Under the pieces are notes generated by a model, which searched no databases, had not been told where the DNA came from, and saw only the letters and a program-made list of their open reading frames with translations. Of a stretch of 64,000 nucleotides of DNA, positions 1 through 7,291 are shown in pieces (position 1 is the first letter of the stretch; each line of letters begins with the position of its first letter). A program made the translations under genes and the position numbers. The DNA comes from Pseudomonadota bacterium (GTDB taxonomy: Bacteria > Pseudomonadota > Alphaproteobacteria > Caedimonadales > UBA1908): positions 4,980 to 68,979 of the forward strand of contig JAIUNT010000002.1 in NCBI GenBank assembly GCA_020161545.1. The letters are read 5' to 3'.

Positions 1-651
1 TCCAAGCCCAAGGGCGAGAGTGAGCTTGCGTTTATTTCCTGCCATATAGGTGGAAAGGGACGGCAGGACGATGGAAAACCCGAAGGTTGTGAGGAGCATA
101 CTGAAGGTGGCGGGCACCTCCCTGGGCTCAAAGGCGGTCAGATTGTGGGGCTTAATTTCAGGTAAGCTCACGCAGATGATCAACAAAAGAAAGAGGACCT
201 TCGCGCCCGTAATCCATTGATTGACTTGCGCTAAGTTCCCAAGCCCGCTGTAGATAATGCTGGCAACGATGCCGGTGAAGATGATCTGTGCGGTGGTTTG
301 GGGGACGAGCATCCCAAGGGGCTTGTGGGACAGCTCCACAATCCAGTTCGCCCCTACTGTGATGTACATGCTCACGAGGGCGAAAAGCAGACACAGATAA
401 CAGATGCGCAAGATCCACGCGGCGCGGCCCCCCAAAAGGCCCAGTGACATGGTATCGAGATCAGCGTCTTGGGCAAAGTAAAGGCGTGCGCGCAGCATGT
501 TGAGGGCAGCGTAGGTCATGAAGGCGCCCGTGATGACAAGGGCCACAAGTGATCCCCAAAATCCACAGCTCGCCGTGGACAGGGGAAGCGCCAGAATACC
601 GGCACCCACACTGGTGCCAACAATCAGAAAGAGAGAGTGTGCAAATTTCAT
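1..651 (-). CDS. Aromatic amino acid permease, HAAAP family (TyrP/Mtr/TnaB-like); 5' part only, 3' end lies outside the window
   Basis: My own minus-strand translation from ATG 651-649 gives MKFAHSLFLIVGTSVGAGILALPLSTASCGFWGSLVALVITGAFMTYAALNML... The GTxxGAGxLAxP N-terminus is typical of tyrosine/tryptophan-specific transporters, and several hydrophobic segments follow. It is absent from the ORF track because it runs off the window edge. Confidence 0.7.
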   Translation of the reverse strand, partial: MKFAHSLFLIVGTSVGAGILALPLSTASCGFWGSLVALVITGAFMTYAALNMLRARLYFAQDADLDTMSLGLLGGRAAWILRICYLCLLFALVSMYITVGANWIVELSHKPLGMLVPQTTAQIIFTGIVASIIYSGLGNLAQVNQWITGAKVLFLLLIICVSLPEIKPHNLTAFEPREVPATFSMLLTTFGFSIVLPSLSTYMAGNKRKLTLALGLG

Positions 652-950
652 AGCAATTTACTCATTGTATTTCATAAGAGATCTGTCTTAAGAGAAGACA
701 ACACAGCATGCAAGAGGGTATGGGAGATTCATGCGCGGCTAGCGCGCAAAGGAGAACAAGAAGGAGGTCACAAGCATTTCCATAGGAGCACTGTAAGGCA
801 CAGTCTACTTTTGCGCAAGCAATTATGACAAGAAGATGAAAAATCCACACATGCTTGCCCACTTCTTTGGCGCTAAAACGCGCAAACCCCTTGCGGGTCT
901 GGTATATTTGGCCTACCTTTTTGTAAAGGGAGTAGCGCGCTAAGGGAGCC

Positions 951-3596
951 ATGGGCAGTACCACAACCACCACAACCATGGTTGAGACCAACCAATCCTT
1001 GTCCTTAGGGCAGGGCGCCCTTGTTTCCGGCACCTTGAACATGCGCGAGTTCTCAGGGGAAGAGATCCTGTCTCAACCTTTTGAGTATAAGCTCTTCATG
1101 ACCTCTCAAGAAACGAGCCTGGATCTGGATAGCTTTGTGGGTGCGCCCGCAACGGTTGCCTTTAACAGCGGCGCAGGTGTACGCTACTTTAACGGCATTG
1201 TGGGGCAGATGTCCCAAAGCCAAACGGCTCAATCCCCCAACGACGACAACGAGACGTTTTATGAGGCGGTACTTTATCCCAAGTTCTGGACTCTCAAATT
1301 TGTGACGGACTGCCGCATTTTCCAAAATATGCCCACCATGCAGATTGTCATGACGATTCTTGAGGAAAATGGTGTGAGTTCGGTCCAGGACATGACTGCA
1401 ACCCACGGCAAAACACCGCGGGAATACTGTGTCCAGTATAATGAGACCTGCTTTGATTTTGTGTCGCGCCTTTTGGAGGAAGAGGGTGTTTACTACTACT
1501 TCACCCATGTGGACGGGGACCACACTATGGTCATGGCGGATCTTCCGGGGGGGCACGCGCCCTGTCCTGCCGTCTCCACAGCCCAGTTTATGAAGTCGCA
1601 ACAGTCTGACTACCATGAAAATGTAGTGAGCTTTTGCAAAGTCCTGGAGCGTGTGGTGCCATCGTCCCAAGCCCAGGCAGACTATAACTTCACGACCTCT
1701 ACGACACCTCTTTTTGCGCGCTTGGACGGCGAGGCAAAGGGGGGGCTTATCTATGAATATCCCGATCAGACGGACCAGGAAGATATCCCAAAACAAGAAA
1801 CCGTCAGCTATTACACAGGCGTGCGCCACGACGCGCATCTTTGGCCCCAGCGCGCCCTTGAAGGCAAAGGCACCATCCCGTTCTTTACCCAGGGTCATAT
1901 GTTTAACCTTGTGGGGTATGACAAACCTGGTGCCGACGGGGCTTATGTGCTCTACCGCGTGCGCCACCACGCAACCGCTTCCAGCGAGCTCTACGACGGC
2001 CACGCCATTTACGAGAATTCCTTCATTGCGTTTCCCCAAGCGACGGTTTTCCGTCCCATGGAAAGGACGCCTAAGCCCAAGATTCACAGCATGCAGACGG
2101 CGCGGGTCACAGGCCCCCCTGGCGAAGAGATCTGGACAGACGAATATGGGCGCATCAAGGTCAAGTTCCACTGGGATGAGTCCGGTCCCCACGCGGGGCC
2201 AAGCGATGATAAGAGCTCATGCTGGGTGCGGGTGCGTGAGGGCTGGGCCGGGGACAGCTGGGGCATTCTCTTTACGCCGCGCATTGGCATGGAGGCCGTT
2301 GTTACCTTTATCAATGGGAGCCCCGATCGTCCCCTCGTCATTGGATGTGGGTGGAACAACCCAGGGCACATGCCGCCCTATTTGCCACAAGTGCCCACCA
2401 AAAGCACCATCAAAAGCCACTCCACCAAGAACGGTGGTCCCGACAACTATAACGAGTTCCGTTATGAGGATTTGAAAGGCTCAGAGCAGGTCTATTTCCA
2501 AGCAGAAAAAGACTATGACGCCTATATTAAACAAAACTTCACTGAGCATGTGGAGTGGGGCAACCAGTGGTACTGGATTGACAGAGGCAACCGCGACACG
2601 GCCCTTTTGCGTAAGGACAACGCCAAAGCTAAAACAACGCCCGTTGGTCAAGATCTGCCAGCAGGCGACGGTGACGACAACCTTGAAATCACAGGTGGCA
2701 ATCTCAATGTCTCCATGCTGTCCAGCCACGGCCCCATCGCCCACAATCACTTCACCGTTCAAGGAGACTATAACTACAAAATCGGTGAAGGAAACATGTT
2801 CAAGCTGCAAGGCAAGGGTACTTACTTTCATCAGATGAACGAAGGCGGGTATGATCAGTACATGATGAAGGGGGACAAGTCCCTGACCATTCTTGAGGGC
2901 TGGCGCTCTAAATATATTGAGCGAGGCAATGACAGTCTGCAGATCGCCAATGGTAACCAGTCCATGTTCATCAATACAGGAAACCAGTTTACGAACATCA
3001 ATCAAGGTGATCGCATCAAGGTGATTGATACGGGCGGAGATTACGAGGTTCTTTGGCAGGGGAACAAGTACTCCACCATCGGCACGGGCAATAACGTTTG
3101 GAAGATCTATGAGGGCGATCAGACTATTCAGCTCTTTGCGGGCAACCGCACAAAGGAGTTGTTTGCAGGAAACGAGTATTATTTCAACAACGGAAATTTC
3201 ACCCAAGATGTGACGGGCAACTATACCCTGAATATCCAAGGGGACTTGACCATTGTGGTGGAGGGCACGATCTCCGTTGTGGGCATTGGGGGGATTTCCA
3301 TGTTTACGCCGGCCTCCATTTCCATGACGGCGGGTGAGAGCATTAGTATGACGGCAGGTACTGCTGTCAATACCACGGCGGGTGTTGGGATTACGGAGAC
3401 GGCTGGAGCCACAATTAACGAAGATGCAGGCGCCGATATTACCATGACGGCAGCAGAGGTGATCTCAGCCGAGGCAACCATGGATGTGAATATCACAGCC
3501 GGGGTCGATGTGTCCATTGATGCAGCGGCGGCTGTGACTGTAGAGGCGGGGGCAGATATTGCCCTGACCGCGCCTACTATTTTGCTCAATGCCTAA
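951..3596 (+). CDS. vgrG: Type VI secretion / phage-type spike protein VgrG (gp27-gp5 fusion)
   Basis: 881-aa ORF. The N-terminus has REFSGEEILSQPFEYKLFM and YFNGIVGQMSQ (gp27/GPD-like). The gp5 OB-fold motif is GILFTPRIGMEAVVTFINGSPDRPLVIGC, followed by PPYLPQVPTKSTIKSHST...NEFRYEDLKGSEQVYFQAEKD. About 300 aa of G/N-rich beta-helix repeats follow, ending ISMTAGESISMTAGTAVNTTAGVGITETAG. The true start may be ATG 978 (MVETNQ). Confidence 0.85.
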   Translation: MGSTTTTTTMVETNQSLSLGQGALVSGTLNMREFSGEEILSQPFEYKLFMTSQETSLDLDSFVGAPATVAFNSGAGVRYFNGIVGQMSQSQTAQSPNDDNETFYEAVLYPKFWTLKFVTDCRIFQNMPTMQIVMTILEENGVSSVQDMTATHGKTPREYCVQYNETCFDFVSRLLEEEGVYYYFTHVDGDHTMVMADLPGGHAPCPAVSTAQFMKSQQSDYHENVVSFCKVLERVVPSSQAQADYNFTTSTTPLFARLDGEAKGGLIYEYPDQTDQEDIPKQETVSYYTGVRHDAHLWPQRALEGKGTIPFFTQGHMFNLVGYDKPGADGAYVLYRVRHHATASSELYDGHAIYENSFIAFPQATVFRPMERTPKPKIHSMQTARVTGPPGEEIWTDEYGRIKVKFHWDESGPHAGPSDDKSSCWVRVREGWAGDSWGILFTPRIGMEAVVTFINGSPDRPLVIGCGWNNPGHMPPYLPQVPTKSTIKSHSTKNGGPDNYNEFRYEDLKGSEQVYFQAEKDYDAYIKQNFTEHVEWGNQWYWIDRGNRDTALLRKDNAKAKTTPVGQDLPAGDGDDNLEITGGNLNVSMLSSHGPIAHNHFTVQGDYNYKIGEGNMFKLQGKGTYFHQMNEGGYDQYMMKGDKSLTILEGWRSKYIERGNDSLQIANGNQSMFINTGNQFTNINQGDRIKVIDTGGDYEVLWQGNKYSTIGTGNNVWKIYEGDQTIQLFAGNRTKELFAGNEYYFNNGNFTQDVTGNYTLNIQGDLTIVVEGTISVVGIGGISMFTPASISMTAGESISMTAGTAVNTTAGVGITETAGATINEDAGADITMTAAEVISAEATMDVNITAGVDVSIDAAAAVTVEAGADIALTAPTILLNA

Positions 3597-4242
3597 GGCG
3601 CGGTGCCCCAGCACACTGTGGCTGCCCGTCGCACCGGGCGTTGTCTTGGAGGAGTCGCGCGTCACCGTGCGATGGGCGACGGCCCAGGACTGGCGCACGA
3701 GGGGGCGCATCGTCTATCCGGATCTTTTAACACTGGATCTGGATATTCTCACTGACGCCTTCAAAACATGTTTTTTCAACAATCCGAAAAGCAATGACCT
3801 CATTGCTAAGCAGGACATCTGGCGTGTGGATGTGAGGCATGAGATGACCAAGCCTTTGGCCGGGGTGTTCGCGCCCATTGTGCGCGCCATGGAGCGTGAG
3901 AATAAGCGCCGCTTGGACGCCCTTGAGCGGGTGCGGCTCTTGGAAGGATACGCTGTCCCTGACCCACATGTGACCCAAACGTGGGTTGAGGTTAAGATGT
4001 CGGACACGCTTGTGGGTGCATATTTAGGGGAAACCATTGCCGCCCCCGCGCCGACCCTTGAGTGGTTCACCTATTACCAGGGTCTTTTTGGTCCCAATCG
4101 GGTGAGCGCCCTGGACCTGTGGGTGGATCTTTTTACAAAGGGGGCGCATCTTGAGGGCAATCAGGGGAGCTTTGCTTTTCTTGTGTCCCTCGACGCTGGT
4201 GGTGACGCACGCCACATGTATAGTCAGTTTGAGAGGATTTGA
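3589..4242 (+). CDS. Hypothetical protein, translationally coupled to vgrG
   Basis: 217-aa ORF. ATG 3589 overlaps the vgrG stop by 8 nt, and its TGA (4240-4242) lies 2 nt before the next ATG. It has no signal peptide and no motif I recognise. Confidence 0.45.
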   Translation: MPKARCPSTLWLPVAPGVVLEESRVTVRWATAQDWRTRGRIVYPDLLTLDLDILTDAFKTCFFNNPKSNDLIAKQDIWRVDVRHEMTKPLAGVFAPIVRAMERENKRRLDALERVRLLEGYAVPDPHVTQTWVEVKMSDTLVGAYLGETIAAPAPTLEWFTYYQGLFGPNRVSALDLWVDLFTKGAHLEGNQGSFAFLVSLDAGGDARHMYSQFERI

Positions 4243-4244
4243 AA

Positions 4245-5393
4245 ATGCACGTGACGCGCTTTGTCCTTGCCCTCGTGGCCACGGGTCTTTTGTCGGGGCC
4301 CCTTCTGGCTAATGACACAACTGCAACCATTGCGGGAGGGGTGATTACCTATGCCCTCACGGATCAGATCAGTATGGACAGCGAGGTTTTAGAAATCAGT
4401 GCAGACAACATCAAGGTTGATTACGCCTTTACGAACCACAGCCCCAAAGACATTGAGACAGATGTTGCCTTTCCTCTGCCGCCCTCTCCTGTCACCCTTT
4501 TTGACCGTGCTCGCGCCTGGCCAAGTTGGGATGAGACCTATCACGCACACCGGTATTTAGAGGATGTAAATTCCCAGGAGCAAAGCCACGTCACGCCATT
4601 GCGGGCATCTGTTTCAGGCGCCGCCTTTACAAATTTTACCCGCACCTCAGAGGGCCAGACTTACGGCGCAAGCGTTCAGGTGAAGGCCATAGACAGAAAC
4701 GGAAAAGATATTACCTCTCTTCTCAAAAAGCATAAAATCCCCCTCTCGTCCCTTTATCTTGGTGGCTTTATGGAGGAGCCCGCGCTCCATAGAGACGCGG
4801 CGCTGAAGAAAAAGCTGGCTGGGCTTAAACTTCTGGGGGAGGGTGACACCCCCCTTTGGCAGACCTATATCACCTATTACTGGCGCCAAATATTCCCGGC
4901 CAATAAGACCATTCAGGTCACCCACGCCTACCGACCAAGTGCGGGTTACCAGTGGGTGTCTTACACGCCCAAGAAGCCGGGGCAGGATGTCTCTTTGGAT
5001 GACATCGTTATCCATCACCGCGACACGGACGCTTCCGGGAATCCCGAGAAAAAGAAGCTTACGGATTATGCCATCAGCGGAGAAGACAAGGCGGCACTTT
5101 TGGTCATGTTTGGGAGAGATGCGGCGGCAAAGGAGAATGAAGAAAACAGCGCGCATCCCATCACCTACGGTATGCGCGAGGTCCGCTATATCCTGACCAC
5201 AGGCGCCCACTGGAAGGGGCCCATCACATCTTTCCGCCTAGAGGTAACTCCCCCAACCAAAGACACCCTTGTTTTGACGTCTTTTGACGGGGTGCTTAAC
5301 AAGGGGAGCGATGGCGTGTACCGTTTTGAGGCAAAGAACTTCACGCCCACAAAGGACTTAAAAGTGCTTTTTATTGACAGAGCGCGTTTTTGA
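4245..5393 (+). CDS. Secreted protein, possibly DUF4424 family
   Basis: The signal peptide is MHVTRFVLALVATGLLSGPLLA-ND. The mature N-terminus TTATIAGGVITY...MDSEVLEISADNIKVDYAFTNHSPKDIETDVAFPLPP resembles my memory of the DUF4424 N-terminal pattern. The family assignment is not verified. I chose ATG 4245 over the track's TTG 4239. Confidence 0.55.
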   Translation: MHVTRFVLALVATGLLSGPLLANDTTATIAGGVITYALTDQISMDSEVLEISADNIKVDYAFTNHSPKDIETDVAFPLPPSPVTLFDRARAWPSWDETYHAHRYLEDVNSQEQSHVTPLRASVSGAAFTNFTRTSEGQTYGASVQVKAIDRNGKDITSLLKKHKIPLSSLYLGGFMEEPALHRDAALKKKLAGLKLLGEGDTPLWQTYITYYWRQIFPANKTIQVTHAYRPSAGYQWVSYTPKKPGQDVSLDDIVIHHRDTDASGNPEKKKLTDYAISGEDKAALLVMFGRDAAAKENEENSAHPITYGMREVRYILTTGAHWKGPITSFRLEVTPPTKDTLVLTSFDGVLNKGSDGVYRFEAKNFTPTKDLKVLFIDRARF

Positions 5394-5485
5394 GTTTTAT
5401 GTAACGGGCCGTCTCATTTCTTGACAAAAAGACACAAGTCGTGCATTTTTTCTTTGTGATTTATGCCGTGTTCGAGATTTAAGAA

Positions 5486-7057
5486 ATGAAAAAAGCATTT
5501 TTGGCCTTTGTCCTATTAACCCAGAGCCCCCTTGGATGGGCCAGTGCCACTGGTGAGAAAGAATTGGTGTGCGAGGCGGATTTATCGCCGGCGTCCTTTC
5601 GCCCAAGCCAGCTTGTGCCTTTGGCTGCGTTCCTTGAGGTCCAAGCCGGGCAAACAAAAGAGACTGTGTATGCTGAGAGGTTTTATGATGGGGCAAAAGC
5701 GATAGGGATCGCAATCCCAGTTCTTGAGAACTTTTACAAAACAGGAGCTCAAAAGGGAGGGGCGCGCAAAGGTGCAGCGCGCAGCGAAGAGCGGTTTTTT
5801 TTGCCACCCATGGGCGTAAGAGAGAAATTTGAAAAGCTTGTCAGCATAACCATTATTAATATTTATAACAGTTTGTGTTTTGTAATACCAGACATGGCAG
5901 AGCGTCTTCATGGCCATGGCCGAGATGAGGTCACAGGGCCTCTTTTTCTTAAGCACAAGGATCTTTTCGACGCGTACGGCCGCTTTTGTAACTTTTACGT
6001 GGACGCCCTGAAGCAAATGCATCCGGAAAGTGATCTCGCAAAGGGTGCACGCTACGGGTCCTTGCCAGGAAAACAAAACGAAGGGCTTTTGTTCATAAAG
6101 GACGACAATGACTATTTAATGGCGACGCAACTGCCTGTTTCTCCAGTTTCAGGCCTTGCATCCAGCTATTTTGTTCCAACTCTCAAGCGTCCCTATATGG
6201 GGTCAGCGCTTCTTTACGACGCGCGTGGGCGGGTGATTACGGGATGTGGTTTGATTCTAAATCATGTGCCTGGATACGACGAGATCATTGACTTGGGCCG
6301 TGGCCCCGAGAGGCGCCTGGTTGAATGGCAGATCAGGCTCTGTGCGCCTGATTTTTACTTGTCCCCCATGGTGAAGCAGTTCGAAACGGGATATTTCCAG
6401 ACTGAAAATAAAGCCGCGCGCAAAACGCTTTCTGAAACACCTCGTGCCGATGAGGCCATGGTCGATACCCTGTTTGCATCGAGTGTGCGCACGTTTTTAG
6501 CAAACGGTGATTTGGAGAATAACGGCGTGGTGGATTATGTGCCCCTGCCCACAACTATCCAAGACCAACGGATCCTGCGTCTTTTGATGCTGGAAGAGGA
6601 ACGCCTTGCTCTCGCCCATGCCCAGGAAATGGAGACGCATATCCAAGAAGTAGGTGCTGAAGAAAAAACAGTCGCGCCTTATGCAGACGTCATTGCTGCT
6701 GTTGAAGAAGAGATGCACTCTTTGGAGGCGTTACTTGTGGATGCTGAGATTCGTGTCCAGCAAGAGGCTATTTCAAAACGCGTTGTACGTGATGCACAAA
6801 AGGCCTCTGCAAGGCCATCTCGCAACAAAGGGGGCAAGAAACGAGGCGGCAGAAATCGGGGTGGGGACACCAAGGTTGTTGTGGCGTCCTCCAGTGCGCC
6901 TGTCTCCCCAAGTGGGCCATCGGCAGAGATGATCGAGGCGGCCAGGTCCCATGTGAACGCCCTTAAGATCGAGGGGCGTGTGAAGTGGCGCTCTCTCTTG
7001 GTCATGTCAATACACTCATATCCCAGGGCCTTGTGGCCGCCAGTGACGTGCGTATAG
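5486..7057 (+). CDS. Orphan 523-aa protein with N-terminal signal-like sequence, coiled-coil-like acidic region and basic RGG-like patch
   Basis: The ORF starts MKKAFLAFVLLTQSPLGWASA-TG. The E/A/L-rich segment is LMLEEERLALAHAQEMETHIQE...LEALLVDAEIRVQQEAI. The basic patch is RPSRNKGGKKRGGRNRGG (6812-6865). I recognise no catalytic motif. Confidence 0.5.
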   Translation: MKKAFLAFVLLTQSPLGWASATGEKELVCEADLSPASFRPSQLVPLAAFLEVQAGQTKETVYAERFYDGAKAIGIAIPVLENFYKTGAQKGGARKGAARSEERFFLPPMGVREKFEKLVSITIINIYNSLCFVIPDMAERLHGHGRDEVTGPLFLKHKDLFDAYGRFCNFYVDALKQMHPESDLAKGARYGSLPGKQNEGLLFIKDDNDYLMATQLPVSPVSGLASSYFVPTLKRPYMGSALLYDARGRVITGCGLILNHVPGYDEIIDLGRGPERRLVEWQIRLCAPDFYLSPMVKQFETGYFQTENKAARKTLSETPRADEAMVDTLFASSVRTFLANGDLENNGVVDYVPLPTTIQDQRILRLLMLEEERLALAHAQEMETHIQEVGAEEKTVAPYADVIAAVEEEMHSLEALLVDAEIRVQQEAISKRVVRDAQKASARPSRNKGGKKRGGRNRGGDTKVVVASSSAPVSPSGPSAEMIEAARSHVNALKIEGRVKWRSLLVMSIHSYPRALWPPVTCV

Positions 7058-7209
7058 GGGGATCACACATGGTGATGCACACCCAAACGGGATCGCCTGT
7101 GACTTTGGTGCGCCCCCACGGCAAGCGCGACGCCATTTGGGCGCACGTGGCCAAGGACGCCCTCATGGAGATGGTTTTATCTACCCAAAAGAACGCCCTG
7201 ATACAATAA
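6985..7209 (+). CDS. HicA/YcfA-like mRNA-interferase domain ORF, either stand-alone or the frameshifted C-terminus of the preceding ORF
   Basis: VNTLISQGLVAASDVRIGGSHMVMHTQTGSPVTLVRPHGKRDAIWAHVAKDALMEMVL aligns by eye with the HicA pattern (L-x-x-x-G ... GSxH ... P-R-H-G/P ... K-x-x-L). This frame is open from 6967 and overlaps the upstream ORF by 73 nt. No HicB-like partner is visible. Confidence 0.4.
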   Translation: MALSLGHVNTLISQGLVAASDVRIGGSHMVMHTQTGSPVTLVRPHGKRDAIWAHVAKDALMEMVLSTQKNALIQ

Positions 7210-7291
7210 CACTGCGTGTCCCCCCTTGCATTTGGGGGGCGGGGTGCGTATCGTCACATACGATGGATTTTTTGTATGATGACGGACGCCG

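Noticed and set aside
1053-2192. A 379-aa minus-strand ORF, plus a 274-aa plus-strand alternate-frame ORF at 1651-2475, inside vgrG
   Set aside because: These are shadow ORFs inside a well-supported VgrG coding region. Their translations are Arg/Gly/Pro-rich with no motifs, which is typical of off-frame reading of moderately GC-rich coding DNA.
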